Assembly: GCA_963834945.1 (NCBI GenBank)
Contig: CAWIDT010000006.1
Coordinates: forward strand, 71,609 to 135,608
Direction: 5' to 3'
Origin: an uncultured Alphaproteobacteria bacterium
GTDB taxonomy: Bacteria; Pseudomonadota; Alphaproteobacteria; Rhizobiales; Rhodomicrobiaceae
Length of the DNA stretch: 64,000 nucleotides
Positions within the stretch are counted from its first letter, which is position 1. The number at the start of each line of letters is the position of its first letter. The translations under genes and the position numbers were made by a program. The notes under the pieces are model-generated. The model had not been told where the DNA came from. It saw only the letters and a program-made list of their open reading frames with translations, and did not search any database. Below are positions 19,180-29,169 of this stretch, one piece after another.

Positions 19180-19890
19180 TTACACCAGCCCTGCGGATTT
19201 CAAGCTGATATGTCCGTCGCGCCCGACGATCAGATGATCATGCACGGCGATATCAAGCTTTTCGCAAGCCGCCATGATCTCTTTGGTCATATCGATATCG
19301 GCGCGCGACGGGGTCGGATCGCCCGATGGGTGATTGTGCACGAGCACGATGGCGGAGGCCGATAGCTGCAGCGCGCGCTTCACCACCTCGCGCACATAGA
19401 CGGGCGTGTGATCGACGGTGCCGTGGCCCTGCACTTCGTCGACGAGCAGCCGGTTGCGCTTGTCGAGAAACAGGACGCGGAACTGTTCGCGCGTCTCGAA
19501 GCCCATGGCGGCGCGGCAATATTGCACGACCTTGTCCCAGGAGCCGAGCAACGGACGTTTCAGCACTTCGCCTTGCATGACGCGAAGCGCGGCGGCACGC
19601 ACGAGGCGGATCTCGGTGATGGCGGCTGCGCCAAGGCCGGCCACTTCCGCCAGCCTCTCCTCGCTGGCGTTGATGGCTTCGGCGAAGCCGCCAAATTTGG
19701 CGATCATGGCCTTCGCCAGCGGCTTGATATCGCGCCGTGGGATGGCGCGGAACAGGATCAGCTCCATCAGCTCATAATCGGGGAGCGCCTCGGCGCCGCC
19801 CTGGCGGAAGCGCTGCCGCAAGCGTTCCCGGTGACCGAACTGGTGCGGGATCGCTATGTCGTGGACCGATGCTTCCTTGAATGCCGCCAT
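19180..19890 (-). CDS. radC: RadC (JAB domain) protein
   Basis: [41 protein letters not shown]. Confidence 0.95.
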   Translation of the reverse strand: MAAFKEASVHDIAIPHQFGHRERLRQRFRQGGAEALPDYELMELILFRAIPRRDIKPLAKAMIAKFGGFAEAINASEERLAEVAGLGAAAITEIRLVRAAALRVMQGEVLKRPLLGSWDKVVQYCRAAMGFETREQFRVLFLDKRNRLLVDEVQGHGTVDHTPVYVREVVKRALQLSASAIVLVHNHPSGDPTPSRADIDMTKEIMAACEKLDIAVHDHLIVGRDGHISLKSAGLV

Positions 19891-19953
19891 TCTGTCGAAA
19901 CCCAAACGCATAAAACACAAGGCCGAACCGTCGCGGCGGCGCCGCGCTTTGGC

Positions 19954-20787
19954 TTATTGGCGCATTACCGCGCCGATATAGGGCGGCTTGTGCCAGCCGC
20001 GCGGCGAATAGGTAAAGACCTCGCAGCCGGTCTCGGTCACACCGACGCTGTGCTCGAACTGAGCGGATAGCGAGCGGTCGCGCGTCACGGCCGTCCAGCC
20101 GTCGGAGAGCATCTTCACATGCGGCTTGCCCAGATTGATCATCGGCTCGACCGTGAAGATCATGCCCGGCTCCAGCGTTGGGCCTTCGCCGTGCTCGCCA
20201 TAATGCAGGATGTTCGGCCGGTCATGGAACACCAGCCCCAGCCCGTGGCCGCAGAAATCGCGCACCACGCTGCAACGCTCCGCCTCGGCATAAAACTGGA
20301 TCGCCGCGCCGATGTCGCCGACCGTATGTCCGGGCCTGACCGCCGCGATCCCCCGCATCATCGCCTCATATGTCACCTCGATGAGCCGCTCCGCCTTCCG
20401 CGAGATTTCGCCCACCGGATACATGCGGCTCGAATCGCCATGCCAGCCGTCGAGGATTAAGGTGATGTCGATGTTGAGCACGTCACCCTCGCGCAGCGGC
20501 CTTGGCCCCGGAATGCCGTGACAAACCACATGGTTGAGCGAGGTGCAGATGGCCTTGGTATAGCCGCGATAATTCAGCGGCGCGGGCACCGCGCCATGTC
20601 CGAGGGCAAAGTCCAGCACCACATCATCGAGCCGTTCGGTGGACACGCCCGGCCGCACATATTCGGTGATCACGTCCAGGGCCTCGGCGGCAAGCCGGCC
20701 GGCGCGCCGCATGCCGGCGAAGGCTTCGGGGCCATGAATTTTGATCTTGCTCGCCGATGGCGGCGTGGGTCTTTCGATGAACGTCAT
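19954..20787 (-). CDS. map: Type I methionine aminopeptidase
   Basis: CTSLNHVVCHGIP, GWHGDSSR, CGHGLG, FTVEPMIN, SAQFEHS. Confidence 0.97.
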   Translation of the reverse strand: MTFIERPTPPSASKIKIHGPEAFAGMRRAGRLAAEALDVITEYVRPGVSTERLDDVVLDFALGHGAVPAPLNYRGYTKAICTSLNHVVCHGIPGPRPLREGDVLNIDITLILDGWHGDSSRMYPVGEISRKAERLIEVTYEAMMRGIAAVRPGHTVGDIGAAIQFYAEAERCSVVRDFCGHGLGLVFHDRPNILHYGEHGEGPTLEPGMIFTVEPMINLGKPHVKMLSDGWTAVTRDRSLSAQFEHSVGVTETGCEVFTYSPRGWHKPPYIGAVMRQ

Positions 20788-20998
20788 TCAAGCCTTCAGC
20801 GTTGCGCGTCCTCTGCCGGTTCGGCTGGCGAGGATCAGCTCATTTGTGCCTTCAGGATGCAGACATTTAGATGGTCTTGCCAAGCCGTTCTTTGAAGTGC
20901 AGGTAATCTTACGCTATTCCGTACCGGCGGCAGCGCCACGCGCCCGCGGCCAATCCGCGGTGGATTTCACGCCGCCCAACACCCATAATGACCTGATC

Positions 20999-22249
20999 AT
21001 GCTCCAGTCTTCGGCCCAGAAGCCGCCCGTCCCGATCCAGCTGTCTTTCATCGAATTCGTCGGCGTTATCGCGCTAATGATGTCGCTGACCGCTTTCGCG
21101 GTCGACGTCATGCTGCCCGCGCTGCCCCAGATCGGCCAGGCGCTCGATCTCGCCGGGGCGAACGACCGCCAGCTTATCATCACCTTCTATCTGGTGGGAT
21201 TTGCGATCGGGCAGCTTTTTTTCGGTCCGCTGTCCGACCGATTTGGCCGCAAAAAGCCGCTTTATGCCGGGCTGGCGATCTTTGCGGTGGGCTCGGTCCT
21301 GGCGGCTTTTTCCACCAGCTCTGCGATGCTGTTCGCGGCCAGGGCGCTGCAGGGCGTGGGCGCGGCGGCGCCGCGCGTCATCGCCATCGCCATCGTGCGC
21401 GACCGCTTCGCAGGCCGGAGCATGGCGCGGGTCATGTCTTTCGTGATCATGACATTTATCGTGATACCGATCATTGCGCCGACCGTCGGGCAAGGCATCA
21501 TGGCGGTCGCGAGCTGGCGGTGGCTGTTTCTTGTTCTGCTCGCGGCATCGCTGGTCACGCTGACCTGGTCGTGGCTGCGGCTTTCGGAGACGCGGGCGGC
21601 GGGTGACAGCCTGCCGCTGTCGGCGGCGCGCATAGGCGGGGCGGTGCGGCTTCTGGCGACGACACGCCAGACGGCGGGCTACGCCATAGCCTTCGGGTTC
21701 TTTTTCGGCGTGCTGATGAGCTATGTCGGCAGCGCGGAACAGATCTTCACCGACGTTTACGGACTGGGCGAGAATTTCCCGCTCGCCTTTGGAGCGGTCG
21801 CCTCGGCAATGATCCTGGCGTCATTCGTCAATTCGCGGCTGGTCGAGCGCGTCGGGATGCGGCGCGTTTCGCATATCTCGCTCATGGCATTCGTCGCGGC
21901 GTGCGGCCTGATGGCGGCGTTCGGCTATCCGGAGAAACCGCCGCTCATCGTCTTTTGCCTGTTCATGGCGGTGGCGTTCTTCTGTTTCGGCCTGATCGGG
22001 CCGAATTTCAACGCCATGGCCATGGAGCCGGTCGGCCACATCGCGGGCACCGCGTCCTCGTTCATCGGGTTTTACACCACGGCGGCGGGGGCGACGTTCG
22101 GCTGGCTGATCGGCCAATCCTTCGATGGAACGGTCCGGCCGTTGACGGTCGGCTTTACGCTGCTGGCGGTGGCCGCGCTCGTGACGGTGCTGATCACCGA
22201 GCGCGGCAAGCTGGCGCGGCCGCAGAATGCACCGCCGGGCGCGACGTAA
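20999..22249 (+). CDS. Bcr/CflA family multidrug efflux MFS transporter
   Basis: DVMLPALP, GPLSDRFGRK, ARALQG, multiple TM helices. Confidence 0.9.
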   Translation: MLQSSAQKPPVPIQLSFIEFVGVIALMMSLTAFAVDVMLPALPQIGQALDLAGANDRQLIITFYLVGFAIGQLFFGPLSDRFGRKKPLYAGLAIFAVGSVLAAFSTSSAMLFAARALQGVGAAAPRVIAIAIVRDRFAGRSMARVMSFVIMTFIVIPIIAPTVGQGIMAVASWRWLFLVLLAASLVTLTWSWLRLSETRAAGDSLPLSAARIGGAVRLLATTRQTAGYAIAFGFFFGVLMSYVGSAEQIFTDVYGLGENFPLAFGAVASAMILASFVNSRLVERVGMRRVSHISLMAFVAACGLMAAFGYPEKPPLIVFCLFMAVAFFCFGLIGPNFNAMAMEPVGHIAGTASSFIGFYTTAAGATFGWLIGQSFDGTVRPLTVGFTLLAVAALVTVLITERGKLARPQNAPPGAT

Positions 22250-22269
22250 CGCAGGGTGGGTAGGCGGTC

Positions 22270-22620
22270 ATGACGATGGCTGACGCAGAGTTTTGGGATC
22301 TGGAACGCGGATTTTGGCTACAAGGCGAGCCGCATTTCAGAGCGCATATGGCGCAGGGCTGCATCATGGCCTTTCCCGAGCCGGTCGGTGCGCTGACCGG
22401 AAGCGCGATCGTTGAGAGCCTCCAATCCGTGCCGCGCTGGAAAACGGTGGATTTCGGCAAAACGATCCTGTCGCGCATCGGCAGGCACGGCGTGGTGCTT
22501 GCCTATAGGGCTCATGCTATCCGAGACGGGGGGCCGCCTTATCGGGCGCTTTGCTCATCGACTTACATCGACACGGACGCAGGGTGGCGCCTCGTGCAGC
22601 ATCAGCACACACCTATTTAA
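22270..22620 (+). CDS. DUF4440/NTF2-like protein
   Basis: WDLERGFW, VLAYRA, YRALCSSTY, WRLVQHQHTP. Confidence 0.75.
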   Translation: MTMADAEFWDLERGFWLQGEPHFRAHMAQGCIMAFPEPVGALTGSAIVESLQSVPRWKTVDFGKTILSRIGRHGVVLAYRAHAIRDGGPPYRALCSSTYIDTDAGWRLVQHQHTPI

Positions 22621-22636
22621 CCGCTGCTCTGGCGAG

Positions 22637-23593
22637 CTATGATGAAGACTCGCTGAGTTCGCCCGCGGGCGCAGCGGCAAGGCGGTTGCCGAAATACAGC
22701 ACATCCTTATCGCGGGAGCTGTCGTCGTCATACATGGCGATCAGCTCTTCCGGCAGATGCGACAGATCGCTGGCCCTCAGATAATCGCGCATCGTCGTTC
22801 CGGTGCTGCGCGAATCGATATTGCCGGCGCCAAGGCGTTCGCGAACGTCTTCGGCATGCACCGTGCGGAAATCGATGCTGTAGCGGGCAAGCCCTGCCGT
22901 GTTCGGAACCGTCTCGTGCAATTGGGCGCCGGAGAACAGGATGATGCCGCCCGGCGGCGGAAGGTAGCGGACCGTGATCGGCTGAAGCTGCTGCTGCGGC
23001 TTTGGCTGCTCGCGTGTGTCCTGCTTGACGTGCTGCGCGGCCGTGGCGCGGTTTTTGGTGTTCCACTCGTAATAATTATAGATCTCGGAATTATTCGCGA
23101 CCGGTTCGCTGAAATAGCCGGGATAGAAACCCATGGCGTTGTCGGCCTCGATCGGATAGGCCGGAATCCACCAGTTGAGCTGGCACATCGGCGCCGAATA
23201 CCAGGTGTCGCGATGCGGGTGGAACGCATAGGCAATGCCCGAGGACAAGAAATCGGATGGATAGGCCGATCTCAGCCGCGGAACATCGAAATACAGCTTT
23301 TCGAGGTCGACGCCGCGCTCCTTCATGATCTGCGGGATGATGGTCTTGCAGTCCGGGTGGTGAATGAACTTCGGCTTCAGGTCACCCAGTATCGCGGCGA
23401 CGGCTTCCGGCGTCATGTGGCGATGAATAAGTCTGGGATCGTGCGGCGCGAACGCCTTCTCCAGCATGGTGCGGGCGACGTCAATCAGAGCCTCGGTGGC
23501 GGATGTCTTGGAAAATATGAAGACGTCGCCATTGTAAAGGGAACGGCGGCGAGCGGCGTCGCCCAACTCTGAGTCGAAATAAACAGCAGCCAT
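22637..23593 (-). CDS. Putative Fe(II)/2-oxoglutarate dioxygenase
   Basis: HRD (FHPHRDTWY), distal H (QLHET), RYSIDFR (RxS), NWWIP strand. Confidence 0.6.
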   Translation of the reverse strand: MAAVYFDSELGDAARRRSLYNGDVFIFSKTSATEALIDVARTMLEKAFAPHDPRLIHRHMTPEAVAAILGDLKPKFIHHPDCKTIIPQIMKERGVDLEKLYFDVPRLRSAYPSDFLSSGIAYAFHPHRDTWYSAPMCQLNWWIPAYPIEADNAMGFYPGYFSEPVANNSEIYNYYEWNTKNRATAAQHVKQDTREQPKPQQQLQPITVRYLPPPGGIILFSGAQLHETVPNTAGLARYSIDFRTVHAEDVRERLGAGNIDSRSTGTTMRDYLRASDLSHLPEELIAMYDDDSSRDKDVLYFGNRLAAAPAGELSESSS

Positions 23594-23948
23594 TCACGAT
23601 GCTCCAAGGACCATGCCTACAATTGCGTGTACCCGAATGGAATATCACGATCTGGTTGTGGCAGCACTGCGGACGCCCACTTACGGTAAACTACGGATGT
23701 GTGGTCGGTGCAATTGCCCGGTTGACGGCGCGGCGCCGTGCGGCGTAAACATGGAGCCAATCTGCATAGCGTCGCTATCAGCTAGCCTTGCACATGGCTT
23801 GACGGCAAGCCGGGAGGCAAGGGACGCAACATCCGCCAGCGATTTTCGCCCGCGGATGCGTTTTTGTTTGGAATAAGGGATCGGGTCATTGCCTCGGCGC
23901 GCCGCACTTCATAGTTCTGTTGGCAAATGATCCACAACCCAGGCTTAT

Positions 23949-25472
23949 ATGATGTTTGATACACTATCGGAACGCCTTTCCGGCATTCTCGACAAGCTCA
24001 CCGGGCGCGGCGCCTTATCCGAAAGCGACGTGGCAACCGCGATGCGCGAGGTGCGCCGCGCGCTGATCGAGGCCGATGTGGCGCTCGACGTGGTGCGCTC
24101 GTTCATCGACCGGGTGCGCGCCAAAGCCGTCGGCCATGAGCTGGTGAAGACGGTCACGCCCGGCCAGATGGTCGTCAAGATCGTGCATGACGAGCTGGTC
24201 GAGACGCTCGGCCGCGAGGCCGAACCGATTGACCTCAACGCGCCGTCGCCCTTCGCCATCATGATGGTGGGCCTGCAAGGCTCCGGCAAGACGACGACCA
24301 CCGCCAAGCTCGCCAAGCGGCTGACGGATCGCGACAGGAAGCGCGTGCTGATGGCCTCGCTCGACACGCGCCGGCCGGCCGCGCAGGAGCAGCTCAAAAT
24401 CCTCGGTGAGCAGACCGGCGTCGACACGCTGCCGATCGTCGCCGGCCAGACGCCGCCGCAAATCGCGCGCCGGGCGATGGAGGCCGGGCGTCTGGGCGGC
24501 TATGACGTGGTGATGCTCGACACCGCCGGCCGCACGCATATCGACGAAGCGCTGATGGCGGAGATGGTCGATATCCGCGACACCGCCCGCCCGCACGAGA
24601 CGCTGCTCGTGGCCGACGCGCTCACCGGCCAGGACGCAGTGAACCTAGCGCGAACCTTCGACGAACGAATTGGCGTTTCCGGTATTGTTCTCACCCGCAT
24701 CGACGGTGACGGACGCGGCGGCGCCGCCCTCTCCATGCGCGCGGTGACGGGCAAGCCGATCAAGCTGCTCGGTACAGGCGAAAAGCTCGACGGGCTGGAG
24801 GATTTCCACCCGGAGCGGGTCGCGGGCCGCATTCTCGGCATGGGCGACGTGGTGAGCCTCGTCGAACGGGCCGCCGCGACGATCGACGCCGAGAAGGCGC
24901 AAAAAGTCGCCGCCAAGATGCAGAAGGGCGAGTTCGACCTGCAGGACCTTGCCGATCAACTCGGGCAGATGCAGAAGCTGGGCGGCATGTCCTCGATCCT
25001 CGGCATGCTCCCCGGCATCGGCAAGATGAAGAAGCAACTGGATGGCGCCAATCTTAACGACAGCATGTTCAAGCAGCAGACAGCGATCATCTCCTCGATG
25101 ACGCCGAAGGAGCGCCGGCACCCGAAGATTTTGGCGGCATCGCGCAAGCGGAGGATCGCCGCCGGCAGCGGCACCAGCGTGCAAGAGATCAACAAGCTGC
25201 TGAAGATGCACCGCCAGATGGCCGACATGATGAAGTCCGTGTCGCGCGGCAAGGGCGGGCTGGCCAAGATGTTCGGCATGGGCGGCGGCATGCCCGAGGT
25301 GACGCCCGAAATGCTGGAGGCGGTCAAGTCAGGCAAAATGCCGGGCGGTATGCCGCCAGGGATGGGTGGATTGCCGAGCGGGATGCCCGGATTGCCCGGC
25401 GGCATAGGCCTGCCGAGGGGATTTCCGGGAGGTTTTGGGGGGTTGCCGGGACTACCAGGGAAGAAAAAGTAA
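23949..25472 (+). CDS. ffh: Signal recognition particle protein Ffh
   Basis: ALIEADV, GLQGSGKTTT, DTAGR, DGDGRGGAALS, RILGMGD, M domain. Confidence 0.98.
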   Translation: MMFDTLSERLSGILDKLTGRGALSESDVATAMREVRRALIEADVALDVVRSFIDRVRAKAVGHELVKTVTPGQMVVKIVHDELVETLGREAEPIDLNAPSPFAIMMVGLQGSGKTTTTAKLAKRLTDRDRKRVLMASLDTRRPAAQEQLKILGEQTGVDTLPIVAGQTPPQIARRAMEAGRLGGYDVVMLDTAGRTHIDEALMAEMVDIRDTARPHETLLVADALTGQDAVNLARTFDERIGVSGIVLTRIDGDGRGGAALSMRAVTGKPIKLLGTGEKLDGLEDFHPERVAGRILGMGDVVSLVERAAATIDAEKAQKVAAKMQKGEFDLQDLADQLGQMQKLGGMSSILGMLPGIGKMKKQLDGANLNDSMFKQQTAIISSMTPKERRHPKILAASRKRRIAAGSGTSVQEINKLLKMHRQMADMMKSVSRGKGGLAKMFGMGGGMPEVTPEMLEAVKSGKMPGGMPPGMGGLPSGMPGLPGGIGLPRGFPGGFGGLPGLPGKKK

Positions 25473-25543
25473 TGGAATGGTACTGCTTTGGCCGCTAGGC
25501 GGCGCGAAGTGGTGCACATCGCATAGGTAGTGGTGCGAGAGCA

Positions 25544-25993
25544 ATGGAGCCGCATAACGTACAATTTCATATCGCAGAATACACTGTGGTCCGTCAGCAG
25601 CTTTTACTTCAGCTCAAGGCGGCAAACGATAGTCTGGTTTATTGCTTGTCTGCCGATGCAGTTTCTGCGGTTTGGCTTCTCAGCCAAATTGGTCAGGGCT
25701 CGATTCCACGCGAAATATTGCTAATTCTTTCTTTGCTTCCTTTGCTCATAACAGTGTTTTCTTTTACCCTCTACTCTAGACGGGTAGTAGAAATACATCT
25801 CTTGGGTGAATATGCAGCCGAGATCGAAAAAGCGTTGGGATTGAAAGAATTGGGGTGGGAAAAGTCGTTTTCGAGCAATTATAGAAGAAAAATAAACAAG
25901 ACTGACATGACCGTTGAAATCATATTCGCAGTATTGATAGTTTTTTCGCTTGCACTCGTCTGGTACGTTTACAGGAATGTTGCAATTAAATAG
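25544..25993 (+). CDS. AT-rich hypothetical membrane protein
   Basis: 149 aa ORF with about 3 TM segments, visibly lower GC than flanks. Confidence 0.6.
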   Translation: MEPHNVQFHIAEYTVVRQQLLLQLKAANDSLVYCLSADAVSAVWLLSQIGQGSIPREILLILSLLPLLITVFSFTLYSRRVVEIHLLGEYAAEIEKALGLKELGWEKSFSSNYRRKINKTDMTVEIIFAVLIVFSLALVWYVYRNVAIK

Positions 25994-26044
25994 AGTTATG
26001 CAGACAAACGTCAGATTATCTGAATCGGAAAGGAAAGAGAACAT

Positions 26045-26410
26045 ATGCCACTGAAAATCAGACTGGCCAGGGGCGGCGCCAAGAAGCGGCCTTATTACCG
26101 GATCGTCGTCGCCGAGGCGACCGCGCCGCGCGATGGGCGCTTCATCGAGCGCATCGGCTCGTGGAACCCGATCCTGCCCAAGGACAGCCCCGACCGCATC
26201 GTGCTCGACGAGGAGCGCGCCAAGCATTGGCTGTCCGTCGGCGCGCAGCCGACTGACCGCGTGCTGCGCTTCCTCGACGCCAAAGGCATCAGGAAGCGCG
26301 AGGCGCGCAACAATCCGGATAAGGCGAAGCCGGGCAAGAAGACGCTCGATCGCGTCGAAGAGAAGCGCAAGAAAGCCGAGGACGCGGCCGGCGCCGAAGC
26401 CTCGGCTTAA
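26045..26410 (+). CDS. rpsP: 30S ribosomal protein S16
   Basis: [37 protein letters not shown]. Confidence 0.98.
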   Translation: MPLKIRLARGGAKKRPYYRIVVAEATAPRDGRFIERIGSWNPILPKDSPDRIVLDEERAKHWLSVGAQPTDRVLRFLDAKGIRKREARNNPDKAKPGKKTLDRVEEKRKKAEDAAGAEASA

Positions 26411-26508
26411 CGGCTTGCTGGTTCGGCACATCCCGTTCCGGCGCAGCGGGCTGGCGCTCCGTCGCGGACTCCAGGCCGTCGCTGAAGGTAAGTCGATAAG
26501 GCGATCGA

Positions 26509-27069
26509 ATGGCGAAACGCGGTAGCGGACCAGAGGCAAGCCAGACATCGGAGCTGATCCTGCTCGGCCGGATCGCGGGCGCGCAAGGGCTTAAGGGCGA
26601 GGTGAAGATCAACAGCTTCACCGCCGATCCCGAGGCCATCGCCGCCTATGGTCGGCTGACGGGCGCCGATGGGCGGCAATTCGTCATCGAGCGGGTGCGC
26701 CATCTGAAGGGCGGCGCGGTGGTCGCATCGATCGCCGGCGTGCGGGATCGGGGCGCGGCCGAGGCGCTGCATGGCGCAGAGCTGTATGTCGCGCGCGATC
26801 AGCTTCCCGAGGCTGACGAGGATGAATGGTATTATGAGGATTTGATCGGGCTGAAGGCGGTCTCGCCCGAGGGGCACGACATCGGCGAGGTGCTTTCGGT
26901 GCAGAATTTCGGCGCGGGCGACCTCTTGGAAATCCGCTCGCCCGATGCGCGCCAGACGGTGCTCGTGCCATTCACGAGCGCGGTTGTGCCGCTGGTCGAC
27001 ATGAAAAACGCACGCCTCGTCGTCGATCTGCCGGAGGAAGTGGATGAGCAGCCCAGAACTCCCCAATAG
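26509..27069 (+). CDS. rimM: Ribosome maturation factor RimM
   Basis: GRIAGAQGLKGEVKI, WYYEDLIGL, NFGAGDLLEI, VPFT. Confidence 0.95.
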   Translation: MAKRGSGPEASQTSELILLGRIAGAQGLKGEVKINSFTADPEAIAAYGRLTGADGRQFVIERVRHLKGGAVVASIAGVRDRGAAEALHGAELYVARDQLPEADEDEWYYEDLIGLKAVSPEGHDIGEVLSVQNFGAGDLLEIRSPDARQTVLVPFTSAVVPLVDMKNARLVVDLPEEVDEQPRTPQ

Positions 27070-27535
27070 CGATTGCGCGGTGTTCCGCGAGGCGCGAGGC
27101 GCCGACCTCGCCGCAATCCTGGCGCTGCTCGCCGACGATCCGCTGGGCAAATATCGCGAGCTGGCGCTGCCCGCCGAGGCCGACATCCCCGCCGCCTACC
27201 GGACGGCATTCGAGATCATCGCGGCCGATCCGCGCAATCAGCTACATGTGGCGGAAATCGGTGGCGAGGTGGTCGGCTGTTTCCAGCTCACATTCACGCC
27301 CGGCCTGACCTATCAGGGCCGCGAGCGGGCGACGATCGAAGGCGTGCGGGTGGCGCAAGCCATGCGCGGGCGCGGGATCGGCAAGGCGATGATGGCCTAT
27401 GCGATCGGGCTTGCCCGAGCGCGGGCTTGCGTGCTGGTGCAACTCACCACCGATAAGCATCGCCCCGAGGCGCATGCGTTCTACCGGGCGCTCGGCTTCG
27501 TCGCCAGCCACGAAGGCATGAAGCTCAAAATGTGA
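27044..27535 (+). CDS. GNAT family N-acetyltransferase
   Basis: LLADDPLG, IEGVRV..RGRGIG, VQLTTDKHRPEAHAFY. Confidence 0.9.
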   Translation: MSSPELPNSDCAVFREARGADLAAILALLADDPLGKYRELALPAEADIPAAYRTAFEIIAADPRNQLHVAEIGGEVVGCFQLTFTPGLTYQGRERATIEGVRVAQAMRGRGIGKAMMAYAIGLARARACVLVQLTTDKHRPEAHAFYRALGFVASHEGMKLKM

Positions 27536-27541
27536 GGCCCC

Positions 27542-28249
27542 ATGTGGACCGCCTGCGTGCTGACGCTGTTTCCCGAGATGTTTCCCGGCCCTTTGGGTGC
27601 CAGTCTGGCGGGTCAGGGGCTTGCCGGCGGACGCTGGCGGCTCGACGCGGTCAACATCCGCGATTTCGCCACGGACAAGCACCGCTCGGTGGACGACACG
27701 CCGGCGGGCGGCGGACCGGGCATGGTGATGCGCGCCGACGTACTGGCGGCGGCAATCGATGGCGCGCGCGCCCGGCATGCCGGATTGCCGCTGCTCTATC
27801 CGTCGCCGCGCGGCCAGCCGCTGACGCAAGCGCAGGTCCGCCGGCTGGCGAGCGGCCCCGGCGCCATGCTGCTCTGCGGGCGCTTCGAAGGCGTCGACCA
27901 GCGCGTCATCGAGGCGCGGCAGCCGCTGGAGGTGTCCATCGGCGACTATGTGCTTTCGGGCGGCGAACTGGCGGCGATGGTGATCATCGACGCGGCCGTC
28001 CGGCTGCTGCCGGGCACGATGGGCGCGCCGGCCTCGGCGACCGAGGAAAGCTTCGAGAACGGCCTGCTCGAATATCCGCATTACACGCGGCCGCGCGAAT
28101 GGGAAGGCCGTGCCATTCCGGAGGTGCTGCTGTCGGGTGATCATGGCAGGATCGCCAGATGGCGCCGGGCCGAGGCGGAAGCCGTCACGAGGCAGCGCCG
28201 GCCTGATCTTATCGAGAACAAAGCAGGGAAGGACGAGACCGCGGAATAA
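27542..28249 (+). CDS. trmD: tRNA (guanine-N1)-methyltransferase
   Basis: [51 protein letters not shown]. Confidence 0.97.
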   Translation: MWTACVLTLFPEMFPGPLGASLAGQGLAGGRWRLDAVNIRDFATDKHRSVDDTPAGGGPGMVMRADVLAAAIDGARARHAGLPLLYPSPRGQPLTQAQVRRLASGPGAMLLCGRFEGVDQRVIEARQPLEVSIGDYVLSGGELAAMVIIDAAVRLLPGTMGAPASATEESFENGLLEYPHYTRPREWEGRAIPEVLLSGDHGRIARWRRAEAEAVTRQRRPDLIENKAGKDETAE

Positions 28250-28482
28250 ATGTCCGCACTGTCACAGGGCGCTTAAGAGTTCTTTGATCCGTGATCCTAA
28301 GGGCATCGACAAGCGCGGCAATATCCATTATCACAAGCGCCAGTCTTCCCGACATACCGGCGCCTGCGAGCATGCTCTTGCGGTCGATGCCGGTTCGGCG
28401 CGGCTCTCGCGGCTCGCTATCAGGAATCAAGCACAGCGAAATCGGCATGACCGGCAAGCTGGCCAAGCAAAGGGCAACAGCC

Positions 28483-29160
28483 ATGAACGTTATTGAGGAA
28501 TTCGAAAGAGACTATGTTGCCGAGCTGACGGCGAAGCGCCGCGTGCCGGAGTTCAGCCCGGGCGACACGGTGCGGGTAAACGTCAAGGTGGTCGAAGGTA
28601 CGCGCGAGCGCGTCCAGGCCTATGAGGGCGTCTGCATCGGACGCCATGGCGGCGGACTTCAGGAAAGCTTTACCGTCCGCAAGATTTCCTATGGCGAGGG
28701 CGTCGAGCGCGTGTTTCCCGTACATTCGCCGCTGATCGACTCCATCGAAGTCGTCCGCAGGGGCAAGGTCCGCCGCGCCAAGCTGTATTATCTGCGCGGC
28801 CTTCGCGGCAAGGCGGCCCGTATCGCGGAGCGCACCGACGCGCGCGCCAAGGCCCAGGCCGCCCGCGAACGGGTGATCAAGTTCAAGAAGCCGAAGGGTC
28901 AGGTGGACGACATCAAGGCCATCAAGGGGATCGAGGATGTCTACGGCAAGAAGCTGAACGACATGGGCATCGTCACCTTCGCCCAGATTGCCAATCTGAC
29001 CGACGAGGAAATCGCCTATCTGGACGATATGCTCGTACTGCGCGGCCGTTTCGAGCGCGAGGACTGGGCCGGTCAGGCCCGCGCGCTGATGGCGGAAACG
29101 ACCGTCGAGGAAGTGCCGGCCGAGGAAGCAGAAGCAGAAGCAACCGAAGAGACGAAATAG
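28483..29160 (+). CDS. rplS: 50S ribosomal protein L19 with C-terminal HhH-like extension
   Basis: [41 protein letters not shown], then about 100 extra aa. Confidence 0.95.
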   Translation: MNVIEEFERDYVAELTAKRRVPEFSPGDTVRVNVKVVEGTRERVQAYEGVCIGRHGGGLQESFTVRKISYGEGVERVFPVHSPLIDSIEVVRRGKVRRAKLYYLRGLRGKAARIAERTDARAKAQAARERVIKFKKPKGQVDDIKAIKGIEDVYGKKLNDMGIVTFAQIANLTDEEIAYLDDMLVLRGRFEREDWAGQARALMAETTVEEVPAEEAEAEATEETK

Positions 29161-29169
29161 GGTTCGACA

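Noticed and set aside
25250-25470. Gly/Met/Pro-rich repeats at the Ffh C-terminus
   Set aside because: A common low-complexity tail of Ffh
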